Counted from the stretch's first letter, positions 35,501 through 48,785 are shown. The stretch: DNA of 64,000 nucleotides from Klebsormidium nitens (GCA_000708835.1 DF236956.1:419354-483353); one strand, 5' to 3'. Numbers and translations: made by a program. The notes: generated from the sequence alone by a model not told the origin.

Positions 35501-38500
35501 GGAACACCCGGGAAACGAGCAATTCAGAGTTGAGTATTTTGGCTGAATAGGCCTCGCCGGACTTTGACGTGCTTGTCGACGTCAACATCTACCTGCAATG
35601 GTGAGTAGTTTGCAGGCTCGATGCTGAAATGCCCAGGAAACGAGCTATTCCAAGTAGAGTTTCCTGGCTGAAAAGGCCTCGCCGGACTTTGCGCAATGGT
35701 CAAATGCTAATATCTATCTACATTGGTGAGAAGTTATGGGGCTCCAGGGGTTGTAAACATGGAGGTATTTGGGTTGAGAATCTGTGAAGACTAGGTTAGC
35801 CCGAAATAAGCAAGTTGTATCGCTGCCAATGTTTAACTGCTTCGAGCATCTACGAGATTTGAGACAGAACGTGGATCGGATTCGTAGTGGTATACGTTTC
35901 TTGCAGGAAGTAAGCTACAGTGTGATACAACGGCTTGACTTTCGGTCGAAGACACCCTGTGCTCCAGTGACACAGAAAAGTCGTCGTATCTGGCAAAAAA
36001 AGGCAGCATGTTTTCCCTTGCAGCGCACTCTGAGAGCTTATGAGTATCTCTCCAAAAGACAGGGGATCCCTTCTCTGCAAAAGTTGTGCGACAGAGCGTC
36101 CGTCCTTATGCAGGATTAACACGGGCGCCATTTCGTGTGTTGAGAGCGGGGGCCACCACCGGCCCAACAAGCACGCCGAGATTGCGCGCAAGATCTTCCG
36201 GCAACTAGAGTGGGAGCTCGGTAGGAAGACCACAACGTCCGAGGAGGTAAGCGGGTCTCCCTTGTTTGTAAGCAGCGCAGTGTTTGTCGTCGACGGACGC
36301 TTCTCAGACGTACGGCGGTTGAATATCGTTCTACGAAGTAGGTTTGCATCTGAGCAATGTCGTCAAGACAGGGTTTTGCTTGGTCGAAGCGCATAGGCTG
36401 AAGGAAAGAACTCCGTGTATCATGTACAGCGTTTGGGCTTTAGCGGGACGCTGAACAATTCAGGCCTGTCTCTGAAGCAGGAAGCCATGCTTGTCGCAGG
36501 AGTTTTGAAGGCTCACTTTTGGGTAGCTTGGTTGCCAGACCCCACGTGTCCTGTTGGCCGAAGTTTTGTTGAAGTGGGCTATGGACGGCGCTTCGTTGGC
36601 CTACAAGTCTGATATTGTCTTGATCGTTTCGACCTTCCAGACATCGATCTTTCCAGCTTTTGAGACTCCTGCGCTTTTAGCAAACAAGGACACAGACGCG
36701 CTTCCGGGCGTTTGAACCAAGGCTTCAGAGAATGTTCCGTCGCTTCCTGCCAGATGCTGGTGCTCCGGCGGATCCAGCCCCGGCTGCCCTCCTTCTCGGA
36801 GCAGTTCACACAGTCCGTTCCGCTCACCCGGATCAGAGACATCGCCCACCGGAACGACATCCCGCACGACTTGAAGGTAAGTAAAGCCCGCAAGGAGGGA
36901 ACGGAGAGTACTTATGCAAGGGTGGTAAAGCGACATTCGTGCTTATGACGCACGGTTCTACTTGGAGATGAAGTTTCGCTCTGACTCTTCTTTGTGAACG
37001 AGACTATCCAAAAAGGTTTCATCTCCTGGACAGCCCTTTCGTTCGTAGCGGCATCCCTCTCGGCAAGGAAGTATAAGTTCGTTCCACAATAAAGTGCTAC
37101 CGAACCGCTCTTTGTCGTGCACATAGTTCGGCCTACGGCTCAGCGTTGTTGTTTAATGGCAGTGGATCGTAATGCCTATGTTAGCTCGCAAACGTCAGGC
37201 ACATATCAAGGGACTACGCGCTGAAAACAAAACGCTGTCTGCTTGCAGCAAGAGATCAAGCACACGATCCAGAACAAGCTCCACCGCAACGCTGGCCCGG
37301 AGGACCTGGTTGCCACGGAAGCGATGCTGCAGCGGGTTTCAAAGGGCGACTACAGCCAGGATTTCGTGAAGGAGCTCCGGGTCTTCTACGGCGAGCTCAA
37401 GGACTTTTTCAATGCTGGCAGGTGGGCACGTCAAAATGTCGCCAGAACAGTCGTAACGCGAGTCGACCAGTTGCTGACGAGCAATACCTGGTTACGCAAA
37501 TCGAATACAGAACGGTCTAGCCTAAACGGAGTAGCACAAAACGGACGCTCTGTTTGGTCGGCCTTTGAGCGTACGTCTTTGTTGCAATCTACTGTTAGGC
37601 ACGCTGGGACAGGTAATTGTCGTTGCCAGTGACACCGATTTCCCTCTGCCTTTCCATCGATAATGCTGGGACTAACGAGTCTTCTTTGGTTTCTTTGTCG
37701 AACAAGCTTTTCACAATCGACGAACGATCCGATTTCGCTGCACACCATTCCGCTCACCACGCTCTCTTCATCGCTTCCCGCAGCTTGACCGAGCGCCTGG
37801 AGCAGATCCGCCACTCCCTCGACGACAGCGCCACGTCAGCACTCGACCACTTCCTCAGCCGCAAGCAGATCCTCGACGACTTCGACGCGCAGCAAAAGGC
37901 GGAGAAGCTTCCGGAGGTCCTCGTTGGCGCGCTGCACGCGCTTACGGGGCTGAGGGCGCAACTTCTGGGGGGCCTCGCGAGTGGGCTCAGGAACGATGCC
38001 CCGGACTCGTCGCTTGCGCAGCGCCAGAAGGTGGGTGGGGCTGTAGAGTTCCTTGAGTTGTGGGCTTCTCCTGGACTGCGGGCTTTCCTGCTCCGGTTAT
38101 AGTGCTGGTCGAGGCACTGAAGAGAGATTCAGGAAGCGTGTGAAACCCGGTTCGTTGTCCTCACAGTATCTCAGGTGTTCCCTCTTTCTCTCGAGGACTT
38201 TAGCGCTTGCAAGCCGCAGGGTAAGACTATAACGGTCTCCCGATTACGCTGTTCTCAACGTAGCACTGATGCGCTGCTTGGAACTCCTCTGTGTTGTTCC
38301 TTGAATTTGGAAACACAATTGGTGCAACTATCTCAGCGACAGTTTGGATTAGTTTCATAAGCCATGCGGCTAAACGATTTGTTCGCTTGGGCTGCAGTGG
38401 CGATTGTCGGAGATCGGGCTCGAGGACTACAGCTTCGTCCTGCTGAGCCGCTTCGTGAACGCGGTTGAGGAGAAGGGAGGGCCTGCGGCGCTGGCGGAAG

Positions 38501-41500
38501 AGGCCAAGAAAAGTAAGGCCGTAGCGTTGTCAAAAAGCGGAATGTGGCTTTACATGTCAGAGACTGTGTGTTCTCCTGTTCCTTTCTCAAGGATTGGGCT
38601 GTTCAGAAGGGTATTCCTGCGGGCTCACAATCCTGAATTGTGCAGATGGACTTGTTTCCCTACATTTTGCCAAGCAAGCGTCTGATATATCTTTCTCTAG
38701 TCAGTATAAGTACTTTGCGGTTGGCGGGATAAGCTCTCCGAGTCGTTGCGAACGCATTCGACACCTCAGGCAAATGCCAACCCGTCAACTTCTCACTTTG
38801 CGCCACGGTCCTTGGATTCCGCTTACCGAGCCTCTCGGGCAGTATATCTTCTCACTTCTGACACACGCTAACACACACTAACCCAACCCTGACTGCTTCG
38901 TCCGCTTTCACTCAGCCCTGTGTCTCCTGCTACGTCTATAACCCAGTCCATAAACTTCGTACCGCAGGCAATGTCAAGCCCTTCACCTTTATGCTTGGCG
39001 CCACAGTACTTTGCATCCGCCAATTCCCCTCCAGCTGGCAGTATAACCTATCCAAATGAACCCAACCCTAACCCGCTTCTCTGCCCTGCGTCTCTTGTAC
39101 TAACCCACTCCCGAAGCCCATTCCCCAGGCAACGTCCAGCCTTTTAACTTCCCACTCGGCGCAACAGTTCTTGGCATCCGCCACCGGGCCTCTCTGCCTG
39201 GCAGTAAAGACTCATTGTCCAACCTCAACCCAACTCAATCCGCTTCTCTACCCTATGTCCTACCTCCTTAGTCATGCTAACCCACTCCTATTTCTCAATT
39301 TTCAGGCAACGTCCAGCCCTTCAACTTCCCGCTCGGCGCGACGGTCCTCAGCATCCGCCAACTCGGCCCCTCCGGCTGGCAGTATAACCTCTCCATTCCA
39401 AATTAACCCAACCCTGACACGCTTCTCTGCCCTGTCTCTCTCCTTCTGACCCACTCCCAAACCTTGTCCTTCAGGCAACGTCCAGCCCTTCAACTTCCCG
39501 CTCGGCGCCACCGTTCTCGGCATCCGCCAACTCGGCGTCTCTGGCACAGTGTTGTCACTTTTATCCACGATGACCCAACCTTAAACTCTGCCATTCCCTC
39601 GGCACCTGCTTAACCACGCTAAACCACTCATAATCCCATTCCCCAGGCAACGGCCAGCCCTTGAACTTCCCGCTCAGCGCAACCCTGTCGAGTGACGGAG
39701 AAATCCCTTTATCCCATTTTAATCCAACTTGAACCCGCTCCTCTGCCCTCTCTCCTCCGCTAAACCATTCTAACCCACTCCTAAACCGTGTTCGCCAGGC
39801 AACGTCCAGCCCTTCAACTTCCCCCTCGGCGCGACCGTCCTCGGCATCCGCCATCTGGGCCTCTCCGGCTGGCAGACCGCCGAGTGCCTCGCGATCGAGA
39901 ACGAGCTTCACGCGTGGCAGCATGCGGGGATCGTCGACCGGGAAGGCCCTGTCAAGGACGTCAAGACGTGGGCGCTCAGGCTGAAGGCGACGCTGGACAG
40001 GGCCCGCCGGCTCGCGGAGTCGTACTCGGAGGCGTTGTTGGAGATCTATCCGGAGCGGAGCCTGAAGCTGGGGGACGCGCTTGGGGTGCCGGAGAATTCG
40101 GTGAGTGGGGTGAAGACCGTTTGCGGAGCCTTGAGTACAGGCTCAAGATCTGCGTCTGACGTTTTCGCTCGACTTTGAGGGCTCGTGTGCGGGGACGGGC
40201 GCAGCTCACTTATCAATCGAAGGAAGCGCTTCGGAGTTGTGGGCCCTTTGCTTGATTGAAACTACTACAGAAAGGCGGCCGGTAACTCTCATCAAGCTGT
40301 CAACACTTCCTGTGAACTGCCCCTACTCCATTTGGCATAAACATAGCAACAGGTGCTGTCTGCTCGTTTTTAGTGTTCTGAGGGCCATTTTCTCTTTCAA
40401 AAACAGGTTCGGACGTTCACCGAGGCCGAGATCCGGGCGTCCGTCGTGTTCCAGCTGTCCAAGCTGTGCAGCCTGCTGCTCAAGGCGCTGCGTGACGTCA
40501 TCGGAGGGGGTGGCTGGGACGCCCTTGTCTCGGGCAGTGCGGTGGGCACTTTGGTGTCGGTGGACAGGATCGAGCCCGGCGCGCTGACGTCAGCAGCGAA
40601 GGGCGGCCCGCTGATCCTGCTCGTGAAGGAGGCGTCGGGTGACGAGGAGGTGAAGGCGGCAGGCGAGGAGGTCAAGGGCGTGGTGCTGTGCCAGGTGAGA
40701 AAACGACCGACAGTGAAACTTCATCATCATCGTAAAGATTCATAATGATGCTGCCGTTGAGCCCCGGGCTTGCATTACTTAGAGCCAAGGATCTCCGTCT
40801 TCGACCCCGTTCTCTGAAGGTTTCTTTCAGCCAGCAACAGCAGCGACTAAGCTTACCGCTTTCTGTTTGACCGTGATTGATTGAAAATCCTCGTGTTACT
40901 AGCGGCAGTCCAGAGAAAGCCGCTCAGACTTCGCACTTCAGTTGTTGTCCTCGTCTGTCTGTGTTTGAGGGAGTTGTTGATCGTCCCTCGTCTAATGCCT
41001 TAGTCGCATTTGGTTCGGTGCTGACGCACTTGACTTGGTCGCATCTGGTTCGGTGCAGACGTGCTTGACCCGCCCATTGCCTTCCGGGCCCAAAGATCAT
41101 TCCACACTGTGATTGTTAAATCTAAATTGGTGATCACATAAATGCAGGAGTTGCCACACTTGTCTCATCTGGGCGTGCGCGCGCGGCAAGAAGGCGTCGT
41201 CTTCGTGACTGCTGAGGACGAAGAAAAGGTGCGGGACCTGCGCGGGCTGGAGGGGAAGCGGGTCAAGATTGACGCCAGCGCGGAGGGCGTGACTGTCGAA
41301 CCATTTGACGGGGAAGAGGCAGTGTCAAGCAATAACGGTCAGGACTCTGCCAAACCGCATGGTGATAAAGCAGCTTCGCATCAAGGCTCTTGGCCGTGTG
41401 CGGAGAAAATGTATCAGAATCCAGTCTTCTGCTCTCAATTGAAGACTGGCAGGTCGTTTCTTGTCTCCGCTGCCAGGCAACTTGTCGAGGGGTCAGACAA

Positions 41501-44500
41501 CACTAAAGCTGCAAAATTCCCGAGCACGCGGCAGGACCTGTTCACCGTCGGTGTCCTTGTCAATCAGGAGAACACAAGCGTCCAAATAACGAAGACCGAA
41601 GGCCCTGTTCTCAGAGTTGCCTCCTGCTTTCAGGCGCAGCATCAGCCGCCGGAGTGCCGGGCAAGGCCTCCTCAGCCGGCAAGATCAAGTACAGCCCGGG
41701 AGGAACGTTCATCGAGTTGGCAGATACGACCGTTGAGACCGGCGGGGCGAAAGCAGCAGCGTGCGGCGAGATTGCCGGCTTGGCGAAAAGCTCTACTGAA
41801 GGTGAGAGGCTGTGGTCGGAACTCAATGTAGTGTTTTGACGCTGGAGGGTTTTGCATTGCTCGAATGCTGCTTGGGTTGTCAAGCTAGCTAAAGGCAAGT
41901 TAAAGGGCGCAGCTTCCGTCTCCGAATTCTCCCCTCCCGGCTGGCCTTGCGAGTGTAGGGACGGCCCTGTCGTTTGAATTCCTTCCCAGTTTGTGCTGCT
42001 TACTTCATGCACGCTTTTGCTGCCTCGACCTCTGAGCGGCACTGCCGTTTGCTAGACTTCATCGAGGGTATCTCACCGAAAGATTGTCGATCTCAGAGAA
42101 TAGTAAATAAGCAGTCGGTAATGCTGAGAATCCGACTAGTTACCTATTGAGCTTGCGCCCTTCTGCGTAATATCTCCATTTCCTCTCTCTTTCCTCTCCC
42201 AAGATCTATTCCCGATGTGCCCCTCCGTTTCATCCCATAACTTTAAGCTTGAAACCTCGTGCAGTCAAGAGCTCCTCAGGCGTTCCGGCCACGTTCAAGT
42301 CGCCCACCGGGGGCCTCATCCCTTTCGGCGCTTTGGAAGCCGCGCTTGACGCAAGCAAAAGCCGGGCGAAGTTCAACGAACTGGTCAAGAAGACGGAAAC
42401 GGCGAAAGTGGAGGGCGGGGAACTAGACGCGGTCTGCAATGAGCTGCGGGCGCTGATCGAAGCACAGCGACTGCCGGAGAAAGTGATCCAGCGAGTCGGG
42501 AAGGCCTTCTCGGCAGGTAAGGGGTGAAGCTTTTCATATCCTAATCGTCACTGACGAAGGAACTTGAAGCTCTTCTTTGAGCACGTGGGCGAAGTGTGAT
42601 CTTGAGCACGAGTGTTGGAAATATAAGAATATGTCAACGTTCAAGAAGCTTTTTTCAGAGACTGTAAAAGTGAGCCCAGCCTGGTGTCCAAAATGCCTGA
42701 ATTCGTGAGCGGTGCCCCCCACTTTTCTTATACTTCAACTCGAAACTAGTCCGTGGTCCTTTGCGCACTTTCTTCTTTCGTGACCTTCGTCGTGTAAGAG
42801 TTCAAGAGTGGCCCGTGCAACTTTGCGTATTTTCCTCTCTGTTCCTTCGCGCACCTCCTTTGTTCTTCTTCGACAAAGAAGTTTCGCGTTTCAATATTGT
42901 GACCTTTGAACCTCTTGAAAATTCTTGTCTGCAGATGCGCGGCTTATTGTGCGCTCCAGTGCCAACGTGGAGGACCTTGCTGGCATGTCCGGAGCCGGGC
43001 TGTATGACTCCATCCCCAACGTCAAGGCGTCCGAACCAGAGGAGTTTGCAGAGGCCGTCTCAAAGGTCAGTTACCGAGACTGGTTCTAAGGAGCTGTCTC
43101 GTTTGTTCAAGTGGCCGTCTTCAAAGAGAGTTGTTTGCACATGTGATTTCGTCCGCTCCAGTATCAGCCCAGATCATGTGCACACCTTTTTGCCCGGATC
43201 AACTCAAGGATTGGGCAAGGCAAAGCTTCCTTGAAATGCTCCATACCCTTGATAGGACGCTGTCCATTTTGTGGATCTCTAATATAGAGTCGTTTCCTTG
43301 TATTCAAATAGCAGCAGGCCGAGCGCAAGTCGCTCCTTCCGATAGTGCTATGTTTCTGCTGCAATTCAAAGCCGCATGTTTCCAAGACATACCCCCTTGA
43401 TCCGTTTCAATACGCCAATATCTTACATTATACTCACACCCTATTCCTCAGGTGTGGGCGTCCCTGTTCACGCGGCGTGCGGTGCTGAGCCGACGCGTTG
43501 CGGGCGTCCCCCAAAAGGAGGCGGCGATGGCCATCCTGGTGCAAGAGCTCTTGGCGCCGTCGCTCAGCTTCGTTCTGCACACCGTCAGGTGGGCAGAATT
43601 CAGACCCAATCGATGCAATGAATAGCAAGCCCAGTGAACAGCAAGGGACGGGTGGGGTTGCTTAAAGGGTTGTGGGTTCGATTCAAACTTACTCGATGCC
43701 GTGAACAGCAAAGGGACGGGTGGGGTTGCTTAAAGGACTATGGTGGGTTCAAATTCAGCGCGCATGAAGCTTTGCTTTAGGGTTTTTTTGAAGATCGAGA
43801 AGCTTGTATTTCCCTGGGCTTCCTTTCTACTGGATCGAGAAAAGACTGTTTGCGTCCATCGGGCATGGGAGGACCGTCCTCCTTACAGCCCGAAACTTTC
43901 TAGCCGGATCTGATCGCCCCTTAGAAAGGGGTCAACCACTCTTTTTTCACCTTTGTCGTTCATGTAGCAGGTGTAGCGCTTTCTGGTCGGTATGCAGCTT
44001 GTTCATACCCGCAACAAGCTGGTTTGGGCAGGCTGCAAACCCGTATCCATAATGCAGAAAGGTCGGCCATCTGTTTGGTGACGCCCATATTACGTGGATC
44101 TTCGTGAACACCCGTAAGATCGGCGGCAGTAAGAACATAGATTGCACCTTTGAACAATTGTCGGCCTTCAAAAATTCTTGCAGCCTGTCGGATATTGATT
44201 GGAAACGCAACATTCCTCGTTGGCGCTCTTGCAGCCCCGCAATCAGTTACTAGGCACGCAGTAACTCAGCGCCCCCTGGGAAGTAAGCAGCCCTTATTCT
44301 CCGCCGTTCTGCCCCCCCCGCAACTCACAATCAGGCGCAGCGTCTTCTGACGTCTCCCTCTCGTCTTGCAGCCCGGTTGACGGCAATCGGGACATCGTCC
44401 AGGCGGAAATTGCCCTGGGTCTTGGCGAGACGCTGGCCTCCGGCACTCGGGGCACGCCTTGGAGGCTCGCCGCAAGCAAGTCCAGCAAGACGGTCGACAC

Positions 44501-45213
44501 GCTGGCGTTCGCCAACTTCAGCGAGAAGCTGGTCGTGGCGGGGGGCAAGGCGGACGGGAGCATGACGCGGGAGGTCGCTGACTACAGCAAAGTGGTAAGG
44601 GCAGCGCGGAGCATCTTACCAATTGGTTTTAAATAGATTGTCCGATTGCAGTCGCCAGGATTGTGGGAGTCGCGCCGAGTATTGGAGAAGTATCTTGTCT
44701 TGTTGGGGTGCTGACTCACCTCTGATACTGCTTTCAAAGTGTTCATTCACCAGTGCACAGGAATCTTGACTGGAAGGAAAGACTAGGCAAGTCCGTCCCG
44801 CATACATGAAGGAGGTTTGAAGCGAGTTTTGTTTCAGGTGTTGATTACGGAGGAGCGCAAAGGTAGGCTTAGACGGGCGTGGCTCGGGAGGGAAAGACAT
44901 TGGTTTGAGCTCCTTCAGGTCCTGCTTCAGCTTAGAAGTATTTTGATATGTAGCCGCTCTTTGAAAGTTGGCAAGCAGCAATTGTTGATTTTGATCATTG
45001 GCTGCTCCGATCGGCACAGCATGCTTCTTCCTGACTGATTGAATTATTGCACAGGCCTTGACAAAGGACGCCGAGGAGCGGATACGTCTGGGACAGAGGT
45101 TAGCGTCCATTGGGGCGTACTTAGAGAAGAGCCTCGGAGCGCCGCAGGACGTTGAGGGTGCCGTTGTTGGGGGAGACGTGTATATTGTGCAGTCAAGGCC
45201 CCAACCTTTGTAG
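32557..45213 (+). CDS. PWD: Phosphoglucan, water dikinase (plastid), about 18 exons
   Basis: Transit peptide [20 protein letters not shown] (32557-32774); CBM20 exons at 33459 and 34366 (WENGPNR); [68 protein letters not shown]; phosphohistidine motif [20 protein letters not shown]; nucleotide-binding [19 protein letters not shown]; ends [22 protein letters not shown] (stop 45211-45213). Some internal boundaries are approximate. Confidence 0.93.
34895..35740 (+). repeat. PWD exon 35290-35475 flanked by 3 extra acceptor copies upstream and 2 extra donor copies downstream
   Basis: ag|gga.agaagcg..aa...g.....a..tgagcgg at AG 34913, 35051, 35165 and 35289 (functional); ccggactt.g.....tggt.aa.g..aa.atcta.ct.ca.tg|gt at GT 35476 (functional), 35601 and 35726. 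Confidence 0.88.
38740..39880 (+). repeat. Seven-copy tandem array of intron 3' end plus PWD exon start
   Basis: cag|gcaacgtccagcccttcaacttccc.ctcggcgc... at AG 38769, 38967, 39128, 39305, 39474, 39646 and 39798 (functional); spacings 198, 161, 177, 169, 172, 152; the C-rich ctaac-containing intron segment is repeated too. Confidence 0.93.
43634..43760. repeat. About 68-bp intronic tandem duplication carrying GACGGGTGGGGTTG
   Basis: gtgaacagca(a)agggacgggtggggttgcttaaagg occurs twice; motif at 43647-43660 and 43715-43728. Confidence 0.8.
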
Positions 45214-46879
45214 AGCTTGCAAGTTCAGCGTGATTTTTGTTCGCACTCTATCGAACATTTCAGAGGTACTCTTTGGCAATAAGATCGGAAGACTGAGGTA
45301 ACCTGACGGTCACATGGCAATAACCAGATCCTGCTTGTTCGGTTTTCAGTTGCTGTTGCAGGCAGTGTGAACAGTGAACGGAGAAAGTAACTCGACCAGC
45401 ACGTTAGTATTTGATAGATATGGGACCTTTTGAGAATGTGTTGAATCTGTGCCTCCATATGATGCACAACACACCGGGCCCCAGCCATCACCAGCCGGCG
45501 GCTGCCAGCCGGGCGTTGGGCGGCCGCCAGGCGTCAAGATACCATGTGGCATGCAAAATATGAAGCATTGAGCCTGGTCGGTGGGGTCGTATTCAAAGCC
45601 TGGCAGTATATATTGAACTTGAACGCAGCTAGTTCGTGAACCAGATGTATATTTGCAGCGCCCGCGCCGCCTGGCTGATTGAGGCCGCAGAATTGGCTGC
45701 TCCCAGTGAAAGTCAACGTACCGTACTCAGCCCCCATCCTACTGAGCACAATTCTTCGAAGGCCTCAAGGTCCTTAAATTGGTCATGATTCTCTCCCTTG
45801 CAATGCAAGGAGGTTGATGGAGACCTACAACGAAAGCAGCATGCAAACTGCACTCTCGCCATGAAAACTGAGCGGAGGAACATCAGGTGCAAGGCTTGGG
45901 GCTGGGCGCTTTGCGAGAGTGTATACATATGTGGTTGAGAAGGTTGCACAGAAGGTCAGTTGCGCTCGAAAGAACCGCAAATCCAAACTGCTGTCCTGAC
46001 CTATTCGAGTATTATGAAGCATTGAAGCGCATCCACCCTGGCGGAGCTTGCAGCTCCTCCTTCTCCATTACATCAGTATCACTTGTCTCGATCGCCGCCT
46101 GCTCAGACTGCCTCCAGTATAATCGAATTCCACTGATCTTTTATCATTACGCCCTATCCGTTCGAAGTGCTCCACCAGCATTTCGGACTCCACAAGACGA
46201 GCTCGGTCGATCCGAGTCCCACACGTCTTCAAGGGCCATCGTTATCCAACATGATACATCTTGAGCATCTCGAGGTAAAATAACTGCGCTTTCAGGCTTG
46301 CATATAAGGTCCGCTTGTTGCTTCGAATCCCAAGAACGAACATTGTCCTGAATGAATCTCGAGAGTTACAGAACAGTTTCCTATATGAGAGTTACTTGCT
46401 GATGATCATGCACAATAAAACTTGTGGATATTAATATAGCACTGAGGACGACAGAAACCTTATCATACCACCAAAACACCCCCAATGAGCAAAGAACTCC
46501 TGAACGAACAACCGTCACGCAAAACAACCTAACTGTGTAACCAAACAACACTGAACGAATGTTTCCACCATGGGGTCCAAGTATGCTACTCATCCACGAA
46601 AACCACCTTACGATCACTAGCTTATCTCTAGCTTTTCAAACGGCTAAGCACTGTAAGAGTGTCGACATCTGTCCATCTGGACAAATGGACACGGATTGTT
46701 TGCAACCAAGTCAGGTAAAAAAGCAGCCGAACCCCGTGAAGCTTGATCATCTTGGTGTAACAAATTTCGAAGCTAACAACACTGTGCTCTTATGAGACGG
46801 ACGCACTCCAGACGAAGAGCTCAGGCTATCAAGGTACGCTGACGATCCCTCCGACTTCCACACGTCTTCTTCTGTAAAA

Positions 46880-48212
46880 CCCGAGTCAACCGTACTACCA
46901 ATGCCAGCTCAAGCTGCGAGCCGCCCACACCTGTTATGTCTGTCGACCTGTCTGTCCACAGGCAAGCCAGCGCGACGTGGATATACTCAGCGCGCCTCCT
47001 CCGCATTGCAGTCATGCCCGAGAGCCGGGTCGACCATTTCCAGAATTCTCCCCTCCCTAACCATATCCGTCGCCACTTTGAGGTGCCGCTCCACCACTCC
47101 GCTCTCGGGTTTGCGTACCGCTGGGCGCCCGCTGTTCAGCTCCAACGATAGCATACCAAAGCTATACACGTCACATCTCAGTACACAAAGATGGCTTGAA
47201 CAGCTAGGAGAAAAGCAGCTCCAGCAACAACCCCACCAACAATAGGTCCAACTGGAGGGGATGCTGACGTCGATGGCTCAGGGAATGGTCTACATGGTCT
47301 GCCGACGAAATTACAATTCTCGCAGCACAACTCCGGGTTTCCAGGATAGAAACTCGTGTTGTAGTACTGGTATTTGTACAGCAGACTTGGAGGTATTGGC
47401 CCGGAGAGGCTGTTGTTTTGAAGGTCCAGGGACGCATATGGCAGGAAGCCGAGCTCGGCGGGAATTGTGCCGGAGAGGTTATTGTTGGAGAGACCTAGAC
47501 GGGAAAGGTAGGTCAGGGTGCCAAGCTCGCGGGGGATGGGGCCGGAGAGGTTGTTCTTGTCGATTTCGAGATATACAAGGTTGGTCAGGTTGCCGAGCTC
47601 GGGGGGAATGGGGCCGGAGAGGTTGTTCATGTCGATTTCGAGATTATTAAGGTTGGTCAGGTTGCCGAGCTCGGGGGGATGGGGCCGGAGATGTTGCTCA
47701 TGTCGATTTCGAGATTTTCAAGATTGGTCAGGTTGCCGAGCTCGGGGGGGATGGGGCCCGAGAGGCTGTTGTTGCTCAGGAAGAGATATTTGGTCAAGGC
47801 TGCCAAACTCAGGAGGGATGGGACCAGAAAGGTTGTTGTCTTGGAGGACGAGCTCGATAAGTCTGGTCAGCCTGCCGAGCTCCGGGGGGATGGGCCCGGA
47901 GAGGCTATTGTTTTGAAGTTCCAAGTAGGCAAGGCTGGTCATGTTGCCGGGCTCGGGAGGGATGGGTCCGGAGAGATTGTTGGAGTAGAGGAACAAATGG
48001 GTAAGGTTGGTGAGGCTGCCGAGCTCCGGGGGGAGGGGACCTGACAGTCCCCTAGAGCTAAGGAAGATACTGGTTTGATTCCAAAGGGGGCCCTCGACCA
48101 GACTGTCGATCTGCTCAATAGTCAACGAGTGGGCGACACTTATGAGCCGGCACCCAAAGAGGGTCACCAGGATCAGCACCCGCGCACACGTGGTCCGTGG
48201 AACCATGGCCAT
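46880..48212 (-). pseudogene. Intronless LRR receptor-like kinase, disrupted: signal peptide, about 10 plant-type LRRs, TM helix, stop, then kinase subdomain IX-XI remnant
   Basis: LxxLxLxxNxLSGPIPPELGxLT repeats at 48070-47380 with frameshifts near 47790 and 47670; TM VGPIVGGVVAGAAFLLAVQAIFVY* (stop 47180-47178) abuts CDVYSFGMLSLELNSGR...EMVDPALG...(frameshift)YIHVALAC. Kinase subdomains I-VIII are absent. Confidence 0.85.
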
Positions 48213-48742
48213 GGACGTGTGGCTCAAAGAATCAGGGGTCAACCTACAAAACAAAGGCACTGCCGGTCAAAGTGGGGGTTGCTTGGTTGTCAATAGTTGG
48301 AGGATGTTTTTGTAAAAGGTTTCTTACCGCACTCAGGGCATTGTAAAGGTTTCCCTGTTGGCTTCCATATTGGCTTGCACTATGTTAATGGATACTTCTG
48401 TCAGAAGGTTTGCAAATACAATGTTAAGTTGCGACTCTGGCACCATACAACCCTGAAAAGGGGGAGTCACACAAAAGACCCTCCCCTCTGCCCTGCCAGA
48501 GCTTCCGAGTCCGTCTCCTACTTTTGCTCATTGTGCCTCTTCCAACACAGGTGCACTCAGCATGGAAAGCATCACAACAGCAACCAATGTAGGCAACATG
48601 CGACAGCAATACGGAGTTCCGAGCTGACAGTATAAGCGGCAAAATGTAAAAAGTCACCTTTCAGGTTCCTGCACCAACCAACTTCAGTTCAGTCCTGCGC
48701 TGCTGCCTTTGATGGGAGAGGGGCCCGACTGAGCTTAGAAAT

Positions 48743-48785
48743 GTTAGAAATGTGCAAGTTGTCACTGAGCTTGCACATTTCTAAC
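48743..48785. other. Perfect 16-bp inverted repeat with 11-nt loop
   Basis: GTTAGAAATGTGCAAG-ttgtcactgag-CTTGCACATTTCTAAC. Confidence 0.7.

Noticed and set aside
38740-39880. CRISPR-like appearance (repeats separated by spacers)
   Set aside because: The repeat is the PWD exon start, the spacers are homologous to each other, units are 150-200 bp, no cas genes are present and the context is eukaryotic.
44170-44380. Possible older acceptor echoes (tcttgcagcc at about 44181 and 44234) before the PWD exon at 44372
   Set aside because: Similarity beyond the acceptor consensus is too short to separate from chance; not counted.
48743-48785. Helitron 3' terminal hairpin
   Set aside because: No CTRR end at the expected distance on either strand.
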